DNA of 64,000 nt from a virus, in IMG/VR virus record IMGVR_UViG_3300044638_007100, one strand, 5' to 3'. A model generated the notes under the pieces. The model had not been told where the DNA came from. It worked only from the letters and a program-made list of their open reading frames with translations, and did no database searches. A program made the position numbers and the translations under genes. Of the stretch, positions 44,335 through 54,253 are shown piece after piece (position 1 is the stretch's first letter; the number at the start of each line of letters is the position of its first letter).

Positions 44335-44807
44335 CGATTACTGCGGTATTGAATATTATCCTTCATTGAATTATATTCCGAATTGTTGCCAGAAAGTAAT
44401 CCGTCATCAATTGTCATAACCTCATCAAACCCAGTACGCTCAATAATCTTAGTTTTAATTTCTAACTGTTTCTTTTCCTTTTGAATTCTTCTCAAAAATG
44501 CATAATGAATAATCTGAGTAAAATATGCAAAAGGATTCTGTGACCTTTCTGGATTGAAATTATGAATATATTGAACACAATTTTCAATCCCGTCAGAAAT
44601 CATATCCTCACGGAACATATAATTCACAAAGTTTGGTTTATATGATAAATGAGTCGCAATCTTTAGAAAACACTCTCCCAAATAGTTTGTAATACGTGGT
44701 TTAGGAAGACCTGCCTCTTTAGCAGCTGCAACCTTTGTACGATATACAATAAGTGCTTCTAATAATTCTTTATTATTTACATAATGTTCTGGTTTTTTCT
44801 TGGACAT
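44331..44807 (-). CDS. gp55: Late-transcription sigma factor
   Basis: HYVNNK...NFVNYMFREDMISDG...NPFAYFTQI. Confidence 0.95.
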   Translation of the reverse strand: MSKKKPEHYVNNKELLEALIVYRTKVAAAKEAGLPKPRITNYLGECFLKIATHLSYKPNFVNYMFREDMISDGIENCVQYIHNFNPERSQNPFAYFTQIIHYAFLRRIQKEKKQLEIKTKIIERTGFDEVMTIDDGLLSGNNSEYNSMKDNIQYRSNR

Positions 44808-44838
44808 ACATCGGACTCATTTACGATAACTTTTGTTT

Positions 44839-44890
44839 ATTATAGCACATCATCAAAGGGCTTGACAAGATGCTCAAATACCAGTAGACT
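44839..44890. promoter_or_regulatory. Overlapping divergent sigma70-like promoters
   Basis: Minus: TTGTCA-18-TATAAT toward gp55. Plus: TTGACA-17-TAGACT, antisense. Confidence 0.6.
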
Positions 44891-44917
44891 AGGTTTGTCT
44901 CCATTGAAGATGAGAAC

Positions 44918-45325
44918 TTAGCTTTCTTTAATACCTTTAAAGATCTTTTCAAGCCTTTCCCTGGCATGTTCAACTGATGATATATATCCCATTTTAGATG
45001 AAGGTTTTACGATACCTGAAGAATTATAAGAGTCAATTGTTTCTCTATCGTTCAGATAATTATTATAAAGTTCAATTATTTTAATATCTTTACTTTCAGT
45101 CATTGTAATAACTTTATCAAGTCTTATGATAAAGAAATCATCAGATGATAAATCAATCCATGGTTTAACTTTTACATATGTATTTTTATATTCTTTTGTT
45201 ATTTTAATTGTAACTGGATTTTGAAGAACAATTAAAGTATCTCCATCATTTTCATCTATAACCACTAGTGAAAATATTTCTTCACCAGACACTAATTTTA
45301 AAACGCAATAAAATTCTTCACTCAT
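44918..45325 (-). CDS. Conserved hypothetical protein
   Basis: EEFYCVLKLVSGEEIF...KVKPWI. Confidence 0.8.
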   Translation of the reverse strand: MSEEFYCVLKLVSGEEIFSLVVIDENDGDTLIVLQNPVTIKITKEYKNTYVKVKPWIDLSSDDFFIIRLDKVITMTESKDIKIIELYNNYLNDRETIDSYNSSGIVKPSSKMGYISSVEHARERLEKIFKGIKES

Positions 45326-46788
45326 TGATCTTTTAGAGGAATATTTACAATTTCATAATTAAAGTTTTCTTCGTTATAAATTTTGATACGTTCCATTAGA
45401 TGATTGAGCGTATAGTTTTTTCTTGACTTATAACTAATATCATCAGCAATATCATATAAAGTTGCTTTTGTCTTTTGATTTCCTTTTCTTAAAACTCTTC
45501 CAATTGATTGAAGGTTTCTAATTCTTGATTTTGATGGTGATGCAAAGATTACATTATGTAAGTTTTTGATATTAATTCCTGTGGAAAAAGTTCCATATGA
45601 AGCAACAATAATTGCATTATTTTCTTTTTCAGTAATTTCTCTTACCTGTTCACGATCTTCAGTAGCAACCCCTCCATGAACAAAAAATATTTGACGATTT
45701 TCAGAGATACTCTTATTTATGAGTTCGTATAATGGTTGACCATGACCTTCAACTCTTGAAAAAAGTATAAGGGTATTTCCTTTAAGATCAATTGCAAGAT
45801 TTTTAATAAATTTATTCCTTCTTTCATGATTGATAATATATTGAACTTCTTCTTCAAAGTTATCAAATCGATGAGGATTATGTTTAAGTAAAAGAATATT
45901 AATATCCAATGTTGCAACATGACCCTTCTGCATTAACTCATCTGTACGAATAATCTTGTAAGAAGGCCCAAATAAACCTTCTAAAACCCACTTATGAGTT
46001 TCTGAACCATCAAGAGTTCCAGTAAATCCAAACCGATACTTTGCATCAGAAAGTTTTGTCATTATAGATACTAATGACTTAGATTTGAACTGGTGTGCTT
46101 CATCTCCAACTACCACATTAAATCTTGAGAAATATTGTCGGGGAAGTTTGTAGATAGATTGCCAGGTTGTGATGATTACCTGAGAGTCTGTTTCTCTTTC
46201 TTTTCCAGCATAGATCTTGTGGCAAAATGAACCCACATCCCATCCATAATCTGCAAAATCTTTATACATCTGTTCTACAAGGGATGTCGTCGGAACGACT
46301 ATCAGAGTATTTTGTCCTTTCTCAACGTAATATCGGACAATCGAATATATCATCAACGACTTTCCAGAAGCAGTTGGAGATATCAGTAACTTGCGATTAT
46401 GTCTTAAAGCGTCGTATACTCCCTCAACTTGGTAATCGCGGGGAGCATACTTGCAAATAGAAGTCATATAGTCTTTTACACCTTCATGTGAAATCATTTC
46501 ATTGACTTCAAATGGAAGACCATAATACTTATTGTTTCGAAACTCATAAGTGTAATTGTGATTCTCACAAAATCTTATAAGTTTATCTAATAAACCAACG
46601 TATATTTCTTTCGTGTTTACATTAAACAAATAAATGATTCCATCCCACCATTTGTTCTTATATGCTGGTGAGAATTTAGCGTTGGGAACATCGAATTGAA
46701 ATGCATCTCTCAATTCATAATATACATGAGGTTCTGCTTCTATTTGCAAGTAAACCTCATTCTTTTTTGATATGACCAAATGAGACAT
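45322..46788 (-). CDS. uvsW: SF2 helicase
   Basis: PTASGKS, DEAH, GFTGT and QSIGRVLR motifs. Confidence 0.95.
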   Translation of the reverse strand: MSHLVISKKNEVYLQIEAEPHVYYELRDAFQFDVPNAKFSPAYKNKWWDGIIYLFNVNTKEIYVGLLDKLIRFCENHNYTYEFRNNKYYGLPFEVNEMISHEGVKDYMTSICKYAPRDYQVEGVYDALRHNRKLLISPTASGKSLMIYSIVRYYVEKGQNTLIVVPTTSLVEQMYKDFADYGWDVGSFCHKIYAGKERETDSQVIITTWQSIYKLPRQYFSRFNVVVGDEAHQFKSKSLVSIMTKLSDAKYRFGFTGTLDGSETHKWVLEGLFGPSYKIIRTDELMQKGHVATLDINILLLKHNPHRFDNFEEEVQYIINHERRNKFIKNLAIDLKGNTLILFSRVEGHGQPLYELINKSISENRQIFFVHGGVATEDREQVREITEKENNAIIVASYGTFSTGINIKNLHNVIFASPSKSRIRNLQSIGRVLRKGNQKTKATLYDIADDISYKSRKNYTLNHLMERIKIYNEENFNYEIVNIPLKDQ

Positions 46789-46820
46789 TCATAAAATATC
46801 AGTTATGAATATTTATTTGA

Positions 46821-47252
46821 TCAATTAAATCCTGCTTGGAACCTATGCCATTCCAGAGCATTTTTTATTTGATAAGTTCGATTAGAAACTGTCTTAATAA
46901 TTTCCTCAAGGAACTTTAAGATAATGTCGTAATATCTGATTTTGAGATCAATTTTATTCAATCTCTCATCGGCGTCCATATGCCTCTGTAACGCCTCTTT
47001 GTCCCGAACTTTATATGGAAAAGGTTCTTCTACATAAACCTCTGCTGGTGCCTTTCCTGTGTAGTAGTTATAGCGTTCCAATCTGACTCTATTATAAGTT
47101 TCTCTTGCCTTTTCACGGAGAAGGGTAATGGTATTATAGATTGTATAATACTTTGAATGTAACTGAGGAATTTTTAAAGATTCATCGTGTAAATTATCAG
47201 GATCGATGACAGAATCTCTCTGCCACATCTCCTGGATTTCATCAAGATTCAT
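46821..47252 (-). CDS. uvsY: Recombination mediator
   Basis: IPQLHSKY...IKNALEW. Confidence 0.9.
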   Translation of the reverse strand: MNLDEIQEMWQRDSVIDPDNLHDESLKIPQLHSKYYTIYNTITLLREKARETYNRVRLERYNYYTGKAPAEVYVEEPFPYKVRDKEALQRHMDADERLNKIDLKIRYYDIILKFLEEIIKTVSNRTYQIKNALEWHRFQAGFN

Positions 47253-47797
47253 AGGGGACTATTGTTTTTGTCTAGGATATTGTAGATAGTATACTTGAAA
47301 ATTACCTCTGCTGTAAAGTACTGAACATCAGTTTTAGTTGCATCAAAATCTAAAGAAGATAAAGAAACTGGAAATAAATCTTTAAATTTTACGACTGCAT
47401 TGGTATTATAATTATTGTCTAAAATATATAAACTTCCATCACTAAATGCTTTTTTTGGATCTTGTAGTTCATCTTCAGTTTGAATTAAATTTTTATATTG
47501 CTCTGTTGTTTCTGGAAATCCAAGTCCTGTAATCCAATTATGAATTGCCATATAATTAACAAGATCTTCATCAACTAAAAATTTTAATGATAAATCACCA
47601 TAAGTTATAATATCACCTGGAACATCAAGAATTTTTAAATATGATGGTTGCATTTCAATACCTAAAGTAATTTCTGGAATTTTTGCACTATTGCAAAAAA
47701 ATGATACTTTAGGATTTTTGGCAAGAGTAAATTTAAATCCTACAGGAGATAAAAAATTTCTGTTTGAAATTTGATTAGCAGAAATTGGATTGGACAT
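47249..47797 (-). CDS. gp3: Tail tube terminator / sheath stabiliser
   Basis: NFLSPVGFKF...YGDL...F.DLFPVSLS. Confidence 0.85.
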   Translation of the reverse strand: MSNPISANQISNRNFLSPVGFKFTLAKNPKVSFFCNSAKIPEITLGIEMQPSYLKILDVPGDIITYGDLSLKFLVDEDLVNYMAIHNWITGLGFPETTEQYKNLIQTEDELQDPKKAFSDGSLYILDNNYNTNAVVKFKDLFPVSLSSLDFDATKTDVQYFTAEVIFKYTIYNILDKNNSPL

Positions 47798-47818
47798 TAT
47801 TTTTATTTGTATTTAGAT

Positions 47819-47844
47819 AAAAAAAGAGGGTCTTTCGACCCTCT
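47819..47844 (-). terminator. gp23 intrinsic terminator
   Basis: AGAGGGTC-GAAA-GACCCTCT + T run. Confidence 0.8.
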
Positions 47845-47864
47845 TGAACAGATTGTGAATTAAC

Positions 47865-49262
47865 TCACATGAGGTTGCTGACCTTAACTCTTCTGTAGTA
47901 AACGTTTGAGTTGGTTGCAATGTTATCTGGGGCAGTAGGAGCAGTAGCACCCTTAGCAAATGGATTCGCAACAACTCCATAACGAGTTTTGAATCCAATT
48001 TTTGGCTGGAAGGTTTGCTCACCTACAGCACGTACCATCTGGAGAGGTACATATGGGCAGTAGAAGAGACCAGCATCATAAGGAGATGCACCCTTATAAC
48101 CAACAACATAGAACTGGTTAGCAGCAACGTTTGCTGCATATGGGTCGATATAGACTCTATACTTACCTTGGAGAACACCAGCAAAAGTATTACCAGTGTC
48201 ATCAACCTGAAGGTTAGCATTGAGTGCTGGGGTGTAGTCAAGAACACCTGCCATGGTGAGTGCCGAAGCAACGTCAGCAGAACAGAGGATCATGTTACCC
48301 TTCCCTCTACGAGTTTGCTGTGCGATAGCGTTAGCATCGCGCTCGATTTGGAAAATAAGACCCTTGAACTTCTCAACTGACCAACGACCGTTGGAGTCAA
48401 CGTCGAGGTCAAAAGTACCCTGAGTAGCAGTGTTAACCTGAGCACCAGGAACAGCAACCTTATAAATGGTACGAATGATTTCGCGGTTGATCTCAGCAAG
48501 AATCTCAGTTGAGAGAATATTTGCAAGTTCCGCTTCAGCATTCAGACCGTGAATTGCCTTGAGGTCTTGTGCGAGTTCTAAACTATACTCAGCCTTGAGT
48601 GCGCGTGACTTAGCAGTAACGGTAAGCTTCTCGATTGAGAAAGCCATTTCGTTAAAGTAATTGGTATTTCCGTCGCCAAGAGCTTCGGAATCACCAGTTG
48701 TCATACCTTCGCCAACATTATATGCTTGCTGGTTAGCATTGGTTGCATCAAGGATTGAAGGATTAGAACCTGCTTGACTGGTAGTACCTAAACCAACAGT
48801 ACCATCAATAAATCCTGCGGTACGATTACGACTGTTGTTCTGACCAGAGAATGCCGAATCTGCTTCGTTGTAGAATGCTTCAGTTCCAGACTGGTTCTGA
48901 TAACGTGAACGCATTGCGAAGATAAGTCCAGTAGGACCATTCATTGGTTGAACGCCACAAAGATCATAAGCGATCAAATTAGGCATTGAACGGCGAATAA
49001 GACTAATCAGAACAGGGTCGAAACCTGCTACTGGGCTTCCAGTGCCACCTGCAGCACTGCCACTAAATCCGCCAGTACCGGCAGAGTTGGTTGGGGAAGC
49101 TTCGTAAAGGAATGAACGCTCTTCACGAAGTTCTCTTTCTTGGTTTTCGAGCAGGATAGCGGTTACCGATCTACGATGTGAATCTTTGATTGGATCCATT
49201 CCTTGATAATCAAGGATTGGTGCCCACTTCTCCTGCAGATATTCTGCGTTGTACATCTGCAT
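47865..49262 (-). CDS. gp23: Major capsid protein
   Basis: EKWAPIL, GVQPMNGPTGLIFA, ELAQDLKAIHG and FKTRYG motifs. Confidence 0.98.
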   Translation of the reverse strand: MQMYNAEYLQEKWAPILDYQGMDPIKDSHRRSVTAILLENQERELREERSFLYEASPTNSAGTGGFSGSAAGGTGSPVAGFDPVLISLIRRSMPNLIAYDLCGVQPMNGPTGLIFAMRSRYQNQSGTEAFYNEADSAFSGQNNSRNRTAGFIDGTVGLGTTSQAGSNPSILDATNANQQAYNVGEGMTTGDSEALGDGNTNYFNEMAFSIEKLTVTAKSRALKAEYSLELAQDLKAIHGLNAEAELANILSTEILAEINREIIRTIYKVAVPGAQVNTATQGTFDLDVDSNGRWSVEKFKGLIFQIERDANAIAQQTRRGKGNMILCSADVASALTMAGVLDYTPALNANLQVDDTGNTFAGVLQGKYRVYIDPYAANVAANQFYVVGYKGASPYDAGLFYCPYVPLQMVRAVGEQTFQPKIGFKTRYGVVANPFAKGATAPTAPDNIATNSNVYYRRVKVSNLM

Positions 49263-49313
49263 TGAAATTTACCTCTTTGAAAAAAAGTTTTGTTTGACTT
49301 TATAATCTAAAAA

Positions 49314-50510
49314 TCAGTTTTTAGCGACTCTGCTAAGAGTTTGAAGATATGCTTCCATTATTGGTGAAACTGAGTGATCAGGTTCATTATAAGAAACTTC
49401 TTCTGATAAATTTTCAGAGTCATTTCTTTGAGCACTAGTATTTGATGAGAAATAAGATTCTCTCAGTGTTACCAGTTTCTCACGATAGTTTTCCTCACCA
49501 TCAAACTCAACATTTTCGGCAAGAGAAGCGAGTTTGTCTTTCTGAGAAAGTGCAAGACCCTCAGCGACATCTGCAAAAATTACATCAGCAACTGACTCTG
49601 CTAATCTTTTATTAAGAGCAACATTTCTTTCGATTTGCTCGTTGAGTTTTTCTTCCATGTCATCAAGTTTATCTACCATACTCTCGATTACATCATATCT
49701 ATCTTCAGGGATTGAAACATAATGATCTTCAAAAAGTTGCTTCATTCCATTAAGGAATGATTCAGTCATTTCGGTTTTAATACCTTGCTCAATTGCAAGA
49801 GCATTTTCTTGAATCCATTCATCAGCAACATACTCAAGATAGGAATCAACTCTTTCAGTTAATTCTTCCTTGATAAATTCAACTTCTTCGATTAAAGCAT
49901 TTTCGTAGGTTTCTTGAAGTTGCTCTTTGATTTCACTAACTTTAGTTTTAATAGCAGCTTCAAAAATAGTACGTGCTTTTTCTTGGAATTCTTCAGAAAG
50001 ATCTTCACCTGCAAGAAGAGCATTTACATCTTCTTCGATGTCGAACTCTTCTTCCACTTTCTTTTTACCTTTTTTCTTATCTTCTTCCTCTTCTTCGTCC
50101 TCGTCTTCTTCGTCTTCGTCTTCTTCAGAAGCTTCAGAAACTACTTCTTCATCTTCATCAAATTCTTCTTCATCAATAAGATCTTCATCATCTTCGGTCT
50201 CTTCTCTCACACCTTGACCTGGAGCAGCAACAGGAGTAGCGGAAGTTCTTGGGCCTTCTGCAGCACTAGCTTTTGCATTAACTACATTCTTAACTTGAGC
50301 AAGAGTTGCTCCAGGAGTTCTTAATGCTGCGGAACTATCATCTGGGCGATAATTCTGTGGAGTTGGACCGCCTAAGTCTTCCCAAGCACCAGTTTGTCCT
50401 GGAATCATTACGCCAGAAGGATTCTGTGCAATGTTGTGCATTGGTTCGGCAGATGCAGCCCCTTTGGTTACTACGTTTTCCATTTCTTGTAAATTTCTAC
50501 CAACGGACAT
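49314..50510 (-). CDS. gp22: Prohead core scaffold protein
   Basis: Acidic; LSEEFQEKARTIFEAA; TATAAATA at 50540-50547. Confidence 0.92.
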   Translation of the reverse strand: MSVGRNLQEMENVVTKGAASAEPMHNIAQNPSGVMIPGQTGAWEDLGGPTPQNYRPDDSSAALRTPGATLAQVKNVVNAKASAAEGPRTSATPVAAPGQGVREETEDDEDLIDEEEFDEDEEVVSEASEEDEDEEDEDEEEEEDKKKGKKKVEEEFDIEEDVNALLAGEDLSEEFQEKARTIFEAAIKTKVSEIKEQLQETYENALIEEVEFIKEELTERVDSYLEYVADEWIQENALAIEQGIKTEMTESFLNGMKQLFEDHYVSIPEDRYDVIESMVDKLDDMEEKLNEQIERNVALNKRLAESVADVIFADVAEGLALSQKDKLASLAENVEFDGEENYREKLVTLRESYFSSNTSAQRNDSENLSEEVSYNEPDHSVSPIMEAYLQTLSRVAKN

Positions 50511-50549
50511 TTTAGATTGATTGTGTTATAATCTATATTTATTTATAAT

Positions 50550-51200
50550 TTAAAGATTTGAAAGAAACTCTTGAAATAAATTAACTTTATGTTCACTGAG
50601 AGTTCTTTCATCTACTAAAGTATTAATTCTACGTTTTGTAGATTCTAGGAGTTTTTCACGAAGTATTCCTCCATCCCAAATCCATTCTTTGCCTTCCATA
50701 ATTCCCTGAACAAATGCATCAGGAGCAGAAGGATCAGCAACAATATCAGCAGCGGTTGCTAACATAAAATCTTCACCAACAATTTTATGACCTTCATTGG
50801 TCATTTTTAATGATCCAACACCGCGAGAAGAAACACCAAGCATTACTCCTTCATCAATGAGAGATTTTGCAATCTTACCCATAGGAGTTTCAAGAAGTTG
50901 TGCTTTTCCTCTAAAGTTTGTTCCATTCTGTTCGAGGGAAACAATCTTATGAGAAACACGATCTAGATTTACTGTAGGTCCATCAGGATGTCCTAGTTCA
51001 CCAAGAGCACGACCTTTATTGATAAAGGACTCTGTATATCTCTTTACCTCACGAGAAAGAGTATCCATTGGATACATTCTTCCATTACGGTTACAAATAT
51101 CACCTTGAAGGAAAACTCCCTCAATGTACAGTTTTTTCTGAGATCCTTTTCCTTCAGTAATAAATTTAACTTGTGATACTTCTTCTGTGATGAGTTTCAT
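50550..51200 (-). CDS. gp21: Prohead protease
   Basis: NRNGRMYP, GELGHP, GVSSRG and DPSAPDA motifs. Confidence 0.96.
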   Translation of the reverse strand: MKLITEEVSQVKFITEGKGSQKKLYIEGVFLQGDICNRNGRMYPMDTLSREVKRYTESFINKGRALGELGHPDGPTVNLDRVSHKIVSLEQNGTNFRGKAQLLETPMGKIAKSLIDEGVMLGVSSRGVGSLKMTNEGHKIVGEDFMLATAADIVADPSAPDAFVQGIMEGKEWIWDGGILREKLLESTKRRINTLVDERTLSEHKVNLFQEFLSNL

Positions 51201-51205
51201 TTTTT

Positions 51206-51733
51206 TTATTCGGAAACTAATTGGACTATTTCTGTTATACTGACATTTGTCGAAGAACTTTCAGCAATAGCAGACACTTTCACACTTCTCGAAACAGTAG
51301 ATCCTGAAGTTGTAATTATTCCAACAATACTTGATGTATTTGCTGATATTGTGATTGATGAATCTGTCAATGATGTAACTAATTGGTGAACTGTATTAAT
51401 TCCAGATGGTTGTGCATTTTCAATTGTTACATAATCTCCCAAGAGAAAGGGATTGCCAGCATTATTTGAAAATAAAATTACAGTTGATGTTCCTGTAGTA
51501 ATACCTGCAATTTGTTGCTTAGCAATTCTTTCTTTCAATACTTCGCTACCATAAGGTGGCAAATGGAAAGAATTATTGGTTACAATTGGATCACCACCAG
51601 TTTCAACATACACTGCAGTGACTCCAGTAGATACTCTAATATATCCACTTTTTAACGCAATAGGATTACTAGTAGCAGCCGTAGAAACTGTGGGGGAAAT
51701 TCTATTGACGTTTTGAACTATTTTTATAGCCAT
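51206..51733 (-). CDS. Putative virion structural protein
   Basis: T/S/I-rich 175 aa in the head operon. Confidence 0.75.
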   Translation of the reverse strand: MAIKIVQNVNRISPTVSTAATSNPIALKSGYIRVSTGVTAVYVETGGDPIVTNNSFHLPPYGSEVLKERIAKQQIAGITTGTSTVILFSNNAGNPFLLGDYVTIENAQPSGINTVHQLVTSLTDSSITISANTSSIVGIITTSGSTVSRSVKVSAIAESSSTNVSITEIVQLVSE

Positions 51734-51900
51734 TATTCATCATCTCCAGAAGTCTCTTCATTATCAAACATTATTGATGCAACTTCTGGACGAACAGCAT
51801 CTATTCTGTTTGCAGTTTTTGCATATAGTAATTCTTTAATTTTTTCGGACACCTTTGAAGGTGATTCATCAGTAGCAATCAAATCGATAAGTTCTTCCAT
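51733..51900 (-). CDS. Small acidic prohead-core-like protein, 55 aa
   Basis: MEELIDLIATDESPSKVSEKIKELLYAK...; TATAAATA at 51915 and 51927; not in the ORF track. Confidence 0.75.
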   Translation of the reverse strand: MEELIDLIATDESPSKVSEKIKELLYAKTANRIDAVRPEVASIMFDNEETSGDDE

Positions 51901-51929
51901 AAAAATTGATTTTATATTTATACGATTAT

Positions 51930-53612
51930 TTATATTTTCCCACCTTTAGGTTGTGGAATTTCTAAAGAGGAAGTATCTACAGATGGTTCCATAGGTACTT
52001 CTCCACTTGCTCCTTGTTGAATATCTTGCGGTTGCTGATCTTGTGGGATTGGATTTCCCATTTCATCTACGGGGGCATTTGGATCTGGTAAAATACCTTT
52101 AGCAATTTCATCTTCAATTTGGAGATCAATTTCAATAATCTCAGAATCAGTCTGACGTAGTATTTTTTTACGAACATACTCCGTAGAATAATATTTTCCA
52201 ATAAATGGTTCTACAGTTGTTGCTAATGTTAATCTGTTTGTAAGTAGTTCTGCTTCTTTTAATTCGGCAAAATGATTATCATATAAAAAGTCATACTGAA
52301 TGTGATCACACATTTGTTCCCAATCTTTTGGGGAAACGACATTTTTTAGTAATAATTGTGTGCGTAAAATATCATTAAATAAATTTGAGAATCTTTTTCT
52401 CAATCTACCTACAAATTTCGAGAACATTAATTCATCACGAAGAATTTCTGAGGATCTTCCAAGATTAAATCCATCACCACCACCAGCAATTCTAGTTTCA
52501 GGAACTCCTAGTGCTCTGTAAAGTTTCTTTTGGAAGTATTCAATATCTGAAAGTTCTCCAAGATTTTGTCCACCTGGAAGAGTAGTGATTTCAGTACCTC
52601 TACCACCTTCACGGCGAGGAAGCCAGAAATCTTCAAGCATACTCATAAACTTTCTATCATCACGAACTTCTCCAGTGTTTGCATCGTAAACAAGTTTATT
52701 ACGATAACGACTCATCACTTCTTTGAGATATTGTTCTGCCTTTACTTTAGGAAGATTTCCAACATCAATATAAAAAATTCTTCTTTCTGGTGCTCTCGAA
52801 AGACGATAAATGACTAAAGAATCCTCAATCATACGAAGTTGATTGAGTGCCTTGATTGCTTTATGTAAATATGAAAGTATTGTACCTTTATTTCTATCTA
52901 CTAATCCTGAAGTACAATAAGTTACTGAATCTTTTGCAATTTTGACTCCTTTTTTAGATCCACCACTAATTGTTCCTGATGGAAAATTGGGAGTTGGAGT
53001 ATAAACAAAATACTCTTCTATTTCTGGAAAAGCATATTGATCTGCATCATTTCCAGATCTTAAATTTAAATTTCTATATCCTTCTAATTGATTTTCAGTC
53101 TTTTTTTCTTGACGAACATGCTTCATTTTCATTGGATCAACATATCTCAATTCCTGAATACCTGATTCTGGATTTTTTTGATCAATGACTTTTAAATAAA
53201 ATAAACGTCCATCAATGTACCAATTTCTAAAAATTTCATGGCACTTTTTATCAAAGTCCATCATTTCTTTAATATATCTAAATTCTGCTCTAATAATTTC
53301 CTTCAAACGATCACTAGCATTTAAATTAGATAATTCAATTTCTACTGGAGAATCATATAAATCACTAACTATTGCTTCATTAACAACACTTTCTATGGCA
53401 TTATCACATTCTGGGTGAAGTGCCATTTCACGATATCTTCTAATTAGATCATATTCTGTTCTATAGACTCCTTCAATATCTACATATTGGCCATAAAATC
53501 CAGATTGAATAAAATAATCAACCCCGTCCTCATTATTTGGAGGTACGGGGGAAACTATAGACTTAGATTTTTTATCATTATTTTCAATTGAAAAACCAAA
53601 AAGTTTCGCCAT
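51930..53612 (-). CDS. gp20: Portal vertex protein
   Basis: RAPERRIFYIDVGN and EDFWLPRREGGRGTEI motifs. Confidence 0.97.
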   Translation of the reverse strand: MAKLFGFSIENNDKKSKSIVSPVPPNNEDGVDYFIQSGFYGQYVDIEGVYRTEYDLIRRYREMALHPECDNAIESVVNEAIVSDLYDSPVEIELSNLNASDRLKEIIRAEFRYIKEMMDFDKKCHEIFRNWYIDGRLFYLKVIDQKNPESGIQELRYVDPMKMKHVRQEKKTENQLEGYRNLNLRSGNDADQYAFPEIEEYFVYTPTPNFPSGTISGGSKKGVKIAKDSVTYCTSGLVDRNKGTILSYLHKAIKALNQLRMIEDSLVIYRLSRAPERRIFYIDVGNLPKVKAEQYLKEVMSRYRNKLVYDANTGEVRDDRKFMSMLEDFWLPRREGGRGTEITTLPGGQNLGELSDIEYFQKKLYRALGVPETRIAGGGDGFNLGRSSEILRDELMFSKFVGRLRKRFSNLFNDILRTQLLLKNVVSPKDWEQMCDHIQYDFLYDNHFAELKEAELLTNRLTLATTVEPFIGKYYSTEYVRKKILRQTDSEIIEIDLQIEDEIAKGILPDPNAPVDEMGNPIPQDQQPQDIQQGASGEVPMEPSVDTSSLEIPQPKGGKI

Positions 53613-53643
53613 TTTATAAACTTAAATTGCTTGTATAAACTAT

Positions 53644-54234
53644 TTAGTTGATGTCTTCCCCACCAGCAGAAGGTGAATTACCTTTAACAGCTTCCCACCA
53701 AAGAATTTGAAACTCTACGGGGAATTCCTGAATTGTACTTGTATTATAATCCAAAGGAATTGCTCCAATTGATGTTGGGAAAATGTCATAGAAATGATAT
53801 GCTCTTAAAGTAGATCCATCACGATCAAGTTGGTATACAAATGCATCTGCAGTATATGATGCTGGATTAGTTTCACCAGTGTTATCAGAAACTCTGTTAA
53901 TTTTATTCATCCAATTTTCCATAGCAGAACGGATTGAAAAATCGGTGTCATTGATTACAGTTACTGTCCAACTTTCAAATGATCTGTCTCCAGCAACTTT
54001 TAAAGTTCTTCCTCTAAATGGAACATCTAGTGGAGCTACATTTGATGCTGGTAAATTTGCACCTTTGACCAAAAATCTTGCTTTATCTAGAACATTAATG
54101 TCTGCTGCAGCAATATCTGGGAAAGAAAGAACGACTTCAAATAAGTTAGAACGAGCACCACCACCAGTTAACTTACTTTTGAAGTCAGTAATCTTTCTTA
54201 GTGGAGGTGGATTTAGTTGTTGTCTAGTTGCCAT
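53644..54234 (-). CDS. gp19: Tail tube protein
   Basis: GGARSNLF...GDRSFESWTVTV.ND. Confidence 0.93.
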   Translation of the reverse strand: MATRQQLNPPPLRKITDFKSKLTGGGARSNLFEVVLSFPDIAAADINVLDKARFLVKGANLPASNVAPLDVPFRGRTLKVAGDRSFESWTVTVINDTDFSIRSAMENWMNKINRVSDNTGETNPASYTADAFVYQLDRDGSTLRAYHFYDIFPTSIGAIPLDYNTSTIQEFPVEFQILWWEAVKGNSPSAGGEDIN

Positions 54235-54253
54235 AGTTTTTTAAACCTCTAAA

